Positions 21,313 to 29,835 of a DNA stretch of 32,000 nt are shown here, piece after piece. The notes under the pieces are model-generated. The model was given only the letters and a program-made list of their open reading frames with translations, did no database searches and was not told the DNA's origin. Made by a program: the position numbers and the translations under genes. Position 1 is the first letter of the stretch; every line of letters begins with the position of its first letter. Source of the DNA: Aquifex aeolicus VF5 (GTDB taxonomy: Bacteria > Aquificota > Aquificia > Aquificales > Aquificaceae); NCBI RefSeq assembly GCF_000008625.1, contig NC_000918.1, positions 1,470,001 to 1,502,000 on the forward strand, read 5' to 3'.

Positions 21313-21580
21313 TTAAGAAATCTGCTTAACGAGTTCCTTTGCAGGTTTGAAAGTGAGAACCTTTCTTGCAGGTATTTGTATAACTTCTCCCGTTCTGGGA
21401 TTTCTTCCCTTTCTTGCACTCCTTACGGTTACTTTAAAGGTCCGAGTCCGGGAATTCTGAGCTTCTTCCTTTTCGAAGAGTTCGTGTATGGCTTCTACGA
21501 AAGCCTTGATAGCTGCGTCAGCTCCTTCTTGGTTATGCCTGCTTTTTCTGCAATTTTGCTACGAGCTCAGCCTTGGTCAT
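21313..21580 (-). pseudogene. HU/IHF-family DNA-binding protein gene disrupted by about four frame changes
   Basis: No ORF of 60 aa or more exists on the minus strand here. The three minus-strand frames together spell a complete HU-like protein: MTKAELVAK | IAEKAGITKKE | ADAAIKAFVEAIHELFEK | KKLRIPGLG | TFKVTVRSARKGRNPRTGEVIQIPARKVLTFKPAKELVKQIS-stop. Confidence 0.7.
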
Positions 21581-21676
21581 ACCGCACACTTCCCTTAGTT
21601 TTTTCACATTTAATTTTAAAACGGACCTTTTAATGGGGAAAGTACTTTTTTGTATCCTTCAAGCAAATCTCCTAAA

Positions 21677-22327
21677 TCAAACGGAATCTGTCTTTATCCA
21701 GTTTTCTCCCGTAGACTTATCCCAGAGCCTCATACTGTCTGGTGAAATTTCGTCAACGATTGCAAGTTCACCGCTCGGAAGTCTTCCGAACTCAAGTTTA
21801 AAATCTACGAGTAAAATTCCCTTTTCTTCGAAAATTTTCTTTAAAATCTCGTTAACCTTTAAGGCAATTTTTTCCATCTCCGGAACGAGTTCAGCGGGTG
21901 CGAGCTTTAAAACCTTTATATGGTTTATACATACCATAGGGTCGTGAAGTTCGTCGCTCTTCATGAAGAATTCTACCAGAGGTTGTTCAAGTTTAGTCCC
22001 CTCTTTCACTCCGTAGCGTTTTACGAAACTCCCTGCAGCGTAATTCCTGACTACAACCTCTACGGGAAATCTCTCTGCTCTCCAAACGAGCATTTCCCTG
22101 TCGGATAACTTCTTTATGTAGTGGGTTTTTATCCCGTGGTCTTCAAGAATTTCAAATATCAAAGAGGAGATCTCGTTGTTTAAGCTTCCTTTTCCCTTTA
22201 TTTCTTCCTTCTTCACCCCGTCAAATGCGGTGGCAACGTCTTTGAACTCCAGGATTAACTTGTCCTTTTCGTCTGTCTCGTAAACGATCTTTGCTTTGCC
22301 TTCGTATAGCTTTCTCACCTTTTTCAT
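21677..22327 (-). CDS. purC: phosphoribosylaminoimidazole-succinocarboxamide (SAICAR) synthase, C-terminus apparently frameshifted
   Basis: LYEGKAKIVY, VVVRNYAAGS and LVDFKLEFG...DEISPDSMRLWD are typical of PurC. The ORF ends prematurely (..GENWIKTDSV-stop). The family-like tail KLDKDRFR / FDLGDLLEGYKKVL continues in two other frames down to 21616. Confidence 0.88.
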   Translation of the reverse strand: MKKVRKLYEGKAKIVYETDEKDKLILEFKDVATAFDGVKKEEIKGKGSLNNEISSLIFEILEDHGIKTHYIKKLSDREMLVWRAERFPVEVVVRNYAAGSFVKRYGVKEGTKLEQPLVEFFMKSDELHDPMVCINHIKVLKLAPAELVPEMEKIALKVNEILKKIFEEKGILLVDFKLEFGRLPSGELAIVDEISPDSMRLWDKSTGENWIKTDSV

Positions 22328-22845
22328 CTTACCTTAAAGGTAAACTCTTTTGAATTTAGTTCAACAATTACAAAGGGTGGTAGTCCCTCGTAGTTCTCGT
22401 GCTTTCCCAAAGAGTCAAGGGCGAATACTTTAAAGTCGTCAAGTTTTGCTAGTTTTACTAACTTCTCTTCCTCGTAAAAGTCTATACTTCCCGAGGGATA
22501 AGGGAATTCGTAGAGGTAAAGCCATCCGTCTTTGTGTATAAAGCCTTTCTTTACCACGCCTCTGTAAAGGCTTCCTCCTGAGGTTATGAGGAAAAGTTCT
22601 TTTCCCTGATTTATCTTCAGCTTTTTTGCCCCCGCCAGACTGCGCTGAAGTTCCCAAAAAAGCAGGGCTTCACTTTTCAATCTTTCCGCTTCTTTCTTTG
22701 CACCGAAGGTAAAGAAAGTAGCCCTCTGAAAGGAAATCAAGATTAGGGAAAAAACTAAGGAAATTATCGCAAGGGTTATTAAGACTTCTACGAGTGTAAA
22801 TCCCTTAAAAGTGTTTCCAGCCCTTTGGCTCAACTTTCTTTCCAT
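22324..22845 (-). CDS. prepilin-type N-terminal cleavage/methylation domain protein (pseudopilin / minor pilin-like)
   Basis: Class III signal KGFTLVEVLITLAIISLVFSLILI (G|FTLVE with Glu at +5). ATGA overlap with the purC start. The track's first Met (22845) would overlap the thiL 3' end by 41 nt. Confidence 0.7.
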   Translation of the reverse strand: MERKLSQRAGNTFKGFTLVEVLITLAIISLVFSLILISFQRATFFTFGAKKEAERLKSEALLFWELQRSLAGAKKLKINQGKELFLITSGGSLYRGVVKKGFIHKDGWLYLYEFPYPSGSIDFYEEEKLVKLAKLDDFKVFALDSLGKHENYEGLPPFVIVELNSKEFTFKVR

Positions 22846-23725
22846 CTACGAACACACCTTCGCCTTCTTCCACTCTTCCTATTTCCGTCATGTCTAGAAA
22901 GGGATTCCACCTCTCTTTTGGGTGTGTGAAGAGGAGCTGGTAGTCCTCTCCGCCAAAGAGTGCATACTCTATAGGATTTTTTCCGTACTTCTCGCAGTAC
23001 ATTTTCAGTTCGTTGGAGAGGGGTAGCTTTTCGGAAAGTATTTCTATCTTGACGCCGCTCCTTTGGGCAAGGTGATTTGCATCTGCCACAAGCCCGTCAC
23101 TTATGTCCATACTGGCGTTTGCATACTTTTGAATGTGCTTCACGTAGTCTATTCTGGCTGTAGGTCTTAAATGTCTCTGGATAAGGGCGAGTTCAAAGGG
23201 CTCGTATTCCTCCTTTTCCATTAAAAGGAGTTCAAGTCCTGCCCTCGAGTCTCCGAGCGTTCCCGACACGAATACGCTGTCTCCTAGTCTTGCCCCGTCT
23301 CTTCCCACGAACCTCTCCGTCTCACCTACGAGGAATACCGAAATCCCTATTTTCTCGCTTTTTGATATATTCCCTCCCACCACCTCACACTTGTAAAACT
23401 CGCAAGCCCTCTTAACGCCTATGTAAAACCTTTCCACGTAGGAAACCTCCAAATCCTCCGGAAGGTTCAGTGAAATGAGTGCCCACTTTGGAAGTCCTCC
23501 GTTTGCAATGACATCGCTCACGTTAACGCTTATCGCCTTCCATCCCACCGCTTCGGGAATGTAGCTCCTTAAAAAGTGTACGCCCTCGTTCAGAACGTCC
23601 GTGGTAAGGAGGAGTTTTTTTGAACAGTACTCTACGGGAGCGGTATCGTCTCCTATGACTTTACTCTCGAGGGTTTTCTTTATAAGGTCTATGAGTCCGA
23701 ATTCTCCTAATTCTTTCAGTCTCAT
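22805..23725 (-). CDS. thiL: thiamine-monophosphate kinase
   Basis: MRLKELGEFGLIDLI N-terminus, the GDD(T)A motif and an AIR-synthase-related (PurM-like) two-domain layout. 306 aa. Confidence 0.9.
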   Translation of the reverse strand: MRLKELGEFGLIDLIKKTLESKVIGDDTAPVEYCSKKLLLTTDVLNEGVHFLRSYIPEAVGWKAISVNVSDVIANGGLPKWALISLNLPEDLEVSYVERFYIGVKRACEFYKCEVVGGNISKSEKIGISVFLVGETERFVGRDGARLGDSVFVSGTLGDSRAGLELLLMEKEEYEPFELALIQRHLRPTARIDYVKHIQKYANASMDISDGLVADANHLAQRSGVKIEILSEKLPLSNELKMYCEKYGKNPIEYALFGGEDYQLLFTHPKERWNPFLDMTEIGRVEEGEGVFVDGKKVEPKGWKHF

Positions 23726-24990
23726 TTCGTCACCTTCTCTTCGGAAAGTCTCACCACTATTACTTCCTTCACTTTGTTATTCTGAACTTCGTTCACTATG
23801 AACTTAAAGCCGTCAAAAGTAAACTCGTCTCCTTTCTTCGGTATCCTCCCGAGGTTTGCCATAACAAAACCGCTCACGGTGTCGTAATCGTACTCTTCGG
23901 GGAGTTCCAGTCCTATCTTTTCCGCGAGTTCCTCTATTGAGACAGAACCGCCCACTCTGTAGGTGTCCGCGGAAATCTTTTCTATTTCCTTTTCCTCCTC
24001 GTACTCTTCGGGTATTTCTCCTACTATCCACTTGAGGACGTCGTAAAGGGTAACTACTCCAGAAACCGCACCGTGCTCGTCTATAACAACCGCGAGTTTT
24101 ATCTTGTACTTCTTTATCTCCCTCAAGAAGTTTGAAAGTGTTGTTACCTCGGGAATTATAAGGACGTCCGTGGCAAACTCCTTAAGGGCTCTTTCCCTGT
24201 TGTGCTGAATGGGAAGTAGTTCCTTAACGTGGACTATACCGCTCACGTTGTCCAGAACGTCTTTATAAAGGGGTATCTTACTGTGTGCCCTTCTCTTAAT
24301 CTCTTCCACTACTTCCCCGACCCTTTTGTCCTCGGGCAGGGCGAATATCTTAGGTCTTGGTGTCATTACTTCCCTCACGAGTACCTCATCCATTTCGAGT
24401 ACCTTCTCGATCATGCTCTTTTCTTGGATTTCGAACTCCCCGCTCTCTATACCTTGTTCTATAAGGGAGAGGAGTTTTTCTTCCGTGAGTTCGAAGGTCT
24501 CCTCCTTAATCTCCACACCCATCTTTTTGAGGAGTGTCTGAACGGGAAGGATGAGAATTATCCTCAAGGGCGTAATAACGACGTGGAATAGGTAAAACAC
24601 CGGAGCGTAAACAAGTGCTAAACGGTCAGCTATTGGAAGAACTACGTTTTTTGGAATGGTCTCTCCGAATATGAATATAAGTGTTGAGGACACAGCTACC
24701 GCAAGGAGTGCACCTTTGTCTCCGAAAAGCTCTACAAAGGTTTTCGTTCCGTAGGAAGCTATTAGGACGTTCACGAGCTCGTTTCCTATGAGTATGGATA
24801 TGAGGAGTTCTTTGGGTTTTGATAGGAGTTTCATCAAGAGTTTAAAGAACCGATTTCCTGAAAACTTCATTAAGACGGGCTTACTCACGCTGAAAAACAC
24901 GACTTCCGAAGAGGAAAAGAAACCGGAAGCGAACAGTAAGAAGAGAAAGACGAGAAAGTCAGTATAGATTGCAGGCAAGGAGTCTTCCAT
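23722..24990 (-). CDS. CNNM/HlyC/CorC-family membrane protein (DUF21, CBS pair, CorC_HlyC domain); putative divalent-cation efflux, hemolysin-like
   Basis: Four N-terminal TM helices with a GNELVN-like motif (IGNELVNVLI). CBS pair (VREVMTPRP, VIDEHGAVSGVVTLYDV). C-terminal transporter-associated domain. Confidence 0.88.
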   Translation of the reverse strand: MEDSLPAIYTDFLVFLFLLFASGFFSSSEVVFFSVSKPVLMKFSGNRFFKLLMKLLSKPKELLISILIGNELVNVLIASYGTKTFVELFGDKGALLAVAVSSTLIFIFGETIPKNVVLPIADRLALVYAPVFYLFHVVITPLRIILILPVQTLLKKMGVEIKEETFELTEEKLLSLIEQGIESGEFEIQEKSMIEKVLEMDEVLVREVMTPRPKIFALPEDKRVGEVVEEIKRRAHSKIPLYKDVLDNVSGIVHVKELLPIQHNRERALKEFATDVLIIPEVTTLSNFLREIKKYKIKLAVVIDEHGAVSGVVTLYDVLKWIVGEIPEEYEEEKEIEKISADTYRVGGSVSIEELAEKIGLELPEEYDYDTVSGFVMANLGRIPKKGDEFTFDGFKFIVNEVQNNKVKEVIVVRLSEEKVTK

Positions 24991-25876
24991 TAACCTCCGA
25001 CCTCCTTATGAATTTTTTACACTCTTCCATAGCCTCGGGACACCTCGGATAGAAGGGACATCCTTCTTCGGGAATGCTCACCTCCTCCTCCTGAAGGTAT
25101 TTTAAGGGTTTTCTGTCCTTCGGGTGTCTCACGGGAACGTTCTCCAGAAGGAACTTTGTGTAGGGGTGAAGGGGATTTTTAAGAACCTCTTCTTTCTTTC
25201 CCAGTTCCATGAGGATTCCCGCGTAAATCACGCCTACCATGTTTGCCACCTTTTCCACTACTCTTATGTCGTGGGTTACAAAGAAAAAGCTTATACCTTT
25301 TGAATTTAATTCCTTGAAGAGTTCCAATATTTCCTCCTGAACGGATACGTCCAAAGACGCGGTGGGCTCGTCAGCCACTATAAGTTCGGGTTCTAAAATC
25401 AAAGCCCTCGCTATTGCCACCCTCTGAGCCTGACCTCCCGAAATCTGGAGCGGTCTCTTTTCAAGCAGTTCCTCACTCAGGCGAACTCTTTGTAGGACCT
25501 TTAATACTCTCTCTTTCCTTCCCTTTACTCTGTGAACTATTAACGGTTCTTCGAGGATTTCCTCCACCTTCATTCTGGGATTGAGCGAACTCCTCGGGTC
25601 CTGAAATACAGCGGAAACCTTCCTCGTATACTCCTTTCCCATACTAAAGATGTCCTTACCTTTAAATGAAACCTTTCCTTTAGTAGGTTTTTCAAGTCTC
25701 AGGATTATCTTTCCCAAGGTGCTCTTTCCCGAACCGCTTTCTCCTACGATAGCCAGAAAGTCTCCTTGCTTTATGGAGAGAGAAACCTCTTTGAGGGCGA
25801 AAAAATTCTTCTTTCTTAAAAATCCCGCGGGAACTTTGTAAACTTTCGTGAGATTCTGTATAGAAAGGAGTTCCAT
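24959..25876 (-). CDS. ABC transporter ATP-binding protein, oligopeptide/dipeptide (OppF/DppF) type
   Basis: Walker A GESGSGKST, signature ISGGQAQRVAIARAL, Walker B LIVADEPTASLD and a C-terminal Cys-containing oligopeptide-ABC extension (CPFYPRCPEAMEEC). No permease or binding-protein gene lies in the window. Confidence 0.9.
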   Translation of the reverse strand: MELLSIQNLTKVYKVPAGFLRKKNFFALKEVSLSIKQGDFLAIVGESGSGKSTLGKIILRLEKPTKGKVSFKGKDIFSMGKEYTRKVSAVFQDPRSSLNPRMKVEEILEEPLIVHRVKGRKERVLKVLQRVRLSEELLEKRPLQISGGQAQRVAIARALILEPELIVADEPTASLDVSVQEEILELFKELNSKGISFFFVTHDIRVVEKVANMVGVIYAGILMELGKKEEVLKNPLHPYTKFLLENVPVRHPKDRKPLKYLQEEEVSIPEEGCPFYPRCPEAMEECKKFIRRSEVNGRLLACNLY

Positions 25877-25877
25877 T

Positions 25878-27299
25878 TTATATGGTTCTGGAGAAATTCA
25901 GTTCCTTTTTCCTCCTGAGATGTGCGTCAAATACCATGGCAACGTTCCTTATGAGAAGCCTTCCCACAGGCATTATCTTTATCCTGTCTTCTTCCACCTT
26001 TATGAGTCCATCCTCCTCCATCTCTTTAAGTTCTTCAAGCTCTTTGGCGAAGTACTCCCTGAAGTTTATACCGAACATATTCTCTATTTTGGAAAATTCC
26101 ACTCCGAGGTTGCACATTATGTCCATAATGACTTCCCTTCTTATGAAGTCGTCTTCGTTGAGAACGTATCCCCTGAATACGGGTATTTTCCCCTCGTCCA
26201 CAGTTTTGTTGTAGTCCCTGAGCGTTTTCCAGTTCTGGAAGTAAGAGTCGTAAAGCATACCTATTGAAGTAGCTCCAAAACCGAGAAGCTCAACTCCCTT
26301 CTTAGTAGTGTATCCCTGAAAGTTCCTCCAGAGTTCTCCCTTCCTTTGAGCTACCGCGAGTTCGTCCTCGGGTTTTGCGAAGTGATCCATACCTATGTAA
26401 ACGTATCCTGCTTCCTGAAACTTATTTATAACCATCTCAAAAATTCTTAACTTTTCTTCTGCAGAGGGGAGCGCTTCCTTTGGCAGGAGTTGCTGGTGGG
26501 GTTTTACCTGCGGAATGTAAGCGAAGCTGTAAGTCGCTATTCTGTCGGGGTTCAGTTCTATCACCTTTTCCACAGTTTTCTCAAAACTTTCCTTTGTTTG
26601 GTAAGGGAGACCGTATATGAGGTCTAGGTTAATACTTTCAAAGCCAGCCTCCCTCAATTTTTCCATTTTCTCCTTTATGAGTTCGTAGGGCTGAACTCTG
26701 TTTACGGCTTGCTGGACTTTCGGATCAAGGTCCTGAACTCCGAGACTAATCCTGTTGAAGCCCGCATCCTTTATCGCCTTTATTTGCTCATCGGTCAAGT
26801 ATCTCGGGTCAAGCTCTATGGAAATCTCTGCATTATCTCCGAACTCAAATCTCTTTCTTATCTCTTCCATGAACCACTTTATCTGCTCGGGTGAGAGGTA
26901 ATTCGGCGTTCCGCCACCCCAGTGGAGCTGTATAACTTTTCTGTCTTTGTCGAGATACTGGGAAACTAAATCCATCTCCCTGCAAACTCTTTCAAGATAG
27001 GGCTCCTCAATCCCTTTCCGGTGGGAAATTATCACATTACAACCGCAGTAAAGGCACCTCTGTTCGCAGAAGGGTATGTGAAAGTAAAGGGATAGGGGTG
27101 TTTTCCTTTCGTTGCTCTTTATTAGTCTCTTTACGTACTCGTCTTCTTTTACCTCTTCGGTGAACTCCGTTGCGGGAGGGTAGCTCGTGTACCTTGGTCC
27201 GGGTCTGTCGTACTTCTTTATAAGCTCCTTGTCAAACTCGGCTTTCATTATGAGAATAATATAGGTGAAAAACTTAATATTGGATAATAGAGTTATCAT
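25878..27299 (-). CDS. hemN: oxygen-independent coproporphyrinogen-III oxidase (radical SAM)
   Basis: [11 protein letters not shown]-terminal motif, radical-SAM cluster [10 protein letters not shown], and GGGTPNYL. The start is probably the internal ATG at 27248 ([13 protein letters not shown]...), by comparison with HemN N-termini. Confidence 0.92.
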
Positions 27300-27305
27300 C
27301 TATTT

Positions 27306-27431
27306 TTACTTCTTTCCTGAGGCTTTTAATTGTTTATTTGCAAGAAATAAGGCAGCCCCACCTAATACTACAATAAATATGAAAAGAGCAAGGTATACAA
27401 TTAGTAATGCCTTTTCACCCTCAAAGATCAT
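27306..27431 (-). CDS. possible 41-aa single-TM peptide (MIFEGEKALLIVYLALFIFIVVLGGAALFLANKQLKASGKK)
   Basis: I translated this by hand; it is below the ORF-track size cutoff. Its ATG starts 5 nt after the stop of the 65-aa ORF upstream, and it ends 6 nt before the ATG at 27299. It lies in an AT-rich islet. There is no further support. Confidence 0.25.
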   Translation of the reverse strand: MIFEGEKALLIVYLALFIFIVVLGGAALFLANKQLKASGKK

Positions 27432-27436
27432 ACGGT

Positions 27437-27634
27437 TTATAATTTATCACTCGTATTAATAAGTGCAACACCAAAAAAGATACTTATTAAAGCAATAATA
27501 AATCCTATCCCCAGTATAGAGAGATCCAATTTATCCTTCGCCAGAGGCTGAACAAAAGTTGCTATCAAAATCGCTAAGGCTAAGTTGATAAAGAATTTCC
27601 CAAGCTCAAGAAGTGCATTCTTCGAAAGCCTCAT
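27437..27634 (-). CDS. hypothetical 65-aa two-TM membrane protein
   Basis: ORF has two hydrophobic segments (FFINLALAILIATFV; ILGIGFIIALISIFFGVALI). Divergent from uvrC. AT-rich. No family recognised. Confidence 0.35.
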   Translation of the reverse strand: MRLSKNALLELGKFFINLALAILIATFVQPLAKDKLDLSILGIGFIIALISIFFGVALINTSDKL

Positions 27635-27724
27635 GCAATTATTATTTTCTGGGTACTAAAATTTTTGATTGCAGACATCATAGTGGAGAGAAAATTATTC
27701 ATAAGATAGCAAAAATTAATATAT

Positions 27725-29425
27725 ATGGCTAAAACTGGAAAAGTGGAAAACTTAATCCAAAACGCCCCCGAAAAACCGGGAGTTTACTTATTTAAGAAAG
27801 GAAATAGACCTATCTACATCGGAAAAGCTAAAAATCTGAAAAAGAGACTCCTTCAACACCTGAAGGCTTCCGAATACGACTCCAAAGAAAGGGCAATAAT
27901 TTCAAACTCAGACAACCTTGAGTGGATTGTAACGAGAAACGAGTACGAAGCGCTGGTTTTAGAAATTGACTTAATACAGCAATATAAACCGAGGTACAAC
28001 GTCCTACACAAGTTCGGGGGCGGTTATCCTATGCTCTTACTCACAAAAGACGAATACCCTACCATCAAGGTAGTCAGGGGAACAGAGCACGAGGGGGAAC
28101 TTTTCGGGCCATTTCTTCAGAGCAAAAAAGCTTACAAGGTTAAAAAGCTTATACACAACCTCTTCAAGCTGAGAACCTGCGACCCGCTACCCAAAAGGAG
28201 TGAACCCTGTATGGATTACCACTTAGGACTTTGCAGTGCTCCCTGTTGCGGTTTCGTGTCTAAAGAGGAGTACGAGCTTGCGGTGAGTTCCGCCAGAGCA
28301 CTTCTTACGGGAGAGGTTGCAGAAGTTCTTCCCAAGCTCTACGAAAAGATAGAGGAGTTCTCAAAGGAACTCATGTTTGAAAAGTGTGCACACATAAGGG
28401 ATCAGATAATCGCCCTTGAAAACCTCGCAAAGGGACAGGCGGTAAGCGCCCTTCCCTTTAGGGAAGGAGACATATTCTACAAGTTCGGTTCAAGGCTCGG
28501 GCTCCTTTTAGTAAGGAGTTCCAAGCTCGTGAGCAAAGAGATTTTTGACTTGGAAAGTGATGAAGAAGTTGAGGAAGTAATCCTCGGATACTACTACTCA
28601 AACTACGTTCCGAGAAAAGTAATAACGAACTTTGAACTCTCTGAGGAAGTGAAAGAGTGGATAAGGAACAGGGCAAAGGGAGAGGTTGAGTTTTCGGGAG
28701 AAATACCAAAGGAGCTAAAGGAAGTTTTGGAAGAAAACCTCGGGGAGGGAATAAACGAGGAGGTTCTGAAAAAGGAGTTTGCTGAAAAGTTAGGAATGCC
28801 TGTACCAAGAGTTATAGAAGGTTTTGACATTTCCCACTTTTACGGAGAGGACATCGTAGGCTCTTGCGTGGTCTGGAAAGGGGGAAAGATGAGCAAGAAA
28901 GATTACAGAAGGTATAAAGTGAAAACTATAAGCCGGATAGACGATTACTTGGCCCTTGAAGAGGTTTTAACGAGGAGGGCAAAGAGGATTTTAAAGGGAG
29001 AGGTAGAAAAGCCCGATATCTGGCTAATAGACGGGGGTAAAGGGCAACTAAACGTAGGGATAAGAGTTAAAAAACGCACGGGACTTGACGTAAAGGTTTT
29101 CAGTCTGGCAAAGGAAGAGGAAATCATTTACACGGAAGACGGCAGGGAAATAAGGCTAAAGGAAAATCCCATACTTTACAGGGTTTTCGGGGAGATAAGG
29201 GATGAGGCTCACAGGTTTGCCCTGAGCTACAATAGAAAACTCAGGGAGAAGAGGTACATGGAGGACATACTATCAAAGATAAAAGGGATAGGAGAGCAAA
29301 AGAAGAAGATAATTTACAAAAACTTTGAAACTCTTTACGACTTTATAGAGGCTAAAGACGAGGAGTTGAGAAGGCTGGGAATAAACCCTTCTCTGAAGCA
29401 GGAGGTGAAGAAGTGGTTAAGTTAG
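27725..29425 (+). CDS. uvrC: excinuclease ABC subunit C
   Basis: GIY-YIG N-terminus (PGVYLFKKGNRPIYIGKAKNLKKRL), UVR domain (FEKCAHIRDQIIALENL), RNase-H-like endonuclease domain (IEGFDISH) and a C-terminal HhH (ILSKIKGIGEQKKK). Confidence 0.93.
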   Translation: MAKTGKVENLIQNAPEKPGVYLFKKGNRPIYIGKAKNLKKRLLQHLKASEYDSKERAIISNSDNLEWIVTRNEYEALVLEIDLIQQYKPRYNVLHKFGGGYPMLLLTKDEYPTIKVVRGTEHEGELFGPFLQSKKAYKVKKLIHNLFKLRTCDPLPKRSEPCMDYHLGLCSAPCCGFVSKEEYELAVSSARALLTGEVAEVLPKLYEKIEEFSKELMFEKCAHIRDQIIALENLAKGQAVSALPFREGDIFYKFGSRLGLLLVRSSKLVSKEIFDLESDEEVEEVILGYYYSNYVPRKVITNFELSEEVKEWIRNRAKGEVEFSGEIPKELKEVLEENLGEGINEEVLKKEFAEKLGMPVPRVIEGFDISHFYGEDIVGSCVVWKGGKMSKKDYRRYKVKTISRIDDYLALEEVLTRRAKRILKGEVEKPDIWLIDGGKGQLNVGIRVKKRTGLDVKVFSLAKEEEIIYTEDGREIRLKENPILYRVFGEIRDEAHRFALSYNRKLREKRYMEDILSKIKGIGEQKKKIIYKNFETLYDFIEAKDEELRRLGINPSLKQEVKKWLS

Positions 29426-29835
29426 ATTACGAGCCTGTTTACGACATAACCGCGGATGCGGGCATAAGGGTAAGGGCGAAAACACTGGAAGAACTATTCT
29501 GCCACGCCATTCTCGCAACCTTCAACGAGATAACCGACATAGACAAGGTAGAACCAAAAGAAGAATACGAAATTCAGGCTCAAAACGATATGCCGTTCCT
29601 GCTTGCGGACATAATAAACGAGGCACTAGTTCTGCACGAGTCTAAACACTTTGTGGCAAGCGAGTGTGAAGTTCTGGAACTGAAAGAGGATTTCGTAAAG
29701 GTAAAACTGAAGGGGGAAAAGTTTGACCCTAAAAGACACCCTTCAAAGCTAGTCATAAAGGCGGCGACCTACCACAGACTGAGGGTGGAGAAGAAGAACG
29801 AACATTGGGAAGCTGAGGTAATCTTTGACATATGA
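29413..29835 (+). CDS. archease-family protein
   Basis: N-terminal YDITADAGIRVRAKTLEELF and C-terminal KAATYHRLRV...WEAEVIFDI match the archease pattern as I recall it. The GTG start overlaps the uvrC end by 13 nt. Confidence 0.75.
   Translation: MVKLDYEPVYDITADAGIRVRAKTLEELFCHAILATFNEITDIDKVEPKEEYEIQAQNDMPFLLADIINEALVLHESKHFVASECEVLELKEDFVKVKLKGEKFDPKRHPSKLVIKAATYHRLRVEKKNEHWEAEVIFDI

Noticed and set aside
21376-21947. 85-aa and 124-aa plus-strand ORFs covering the HU-like remnant and the purC 3' end
   Set aside because: The opposite strand carries unmistakable HU and PurC sequence, although frameshifted. The plus-strand products are Ser/Phe/Leu-rich shadow translations.
25848-26267. 139-aa and 110-aa plus-strand ORFs inside hemN
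   Set aside because: They lie antisense to a radical-SAM HemN whose hallmark motifs are all present. The composition is typical of a shadow ORF.
27265-27459. 64-aa plus-strand ORF spanning the hemN start region and the AT-rich islet
   Set aside because: It begins inside the hemN 5' region, is not hydrophobic or domain-like, and overlaps the better-organised tandem small ORFs on the minus strand. It is probably chance in AT-rich DNA.
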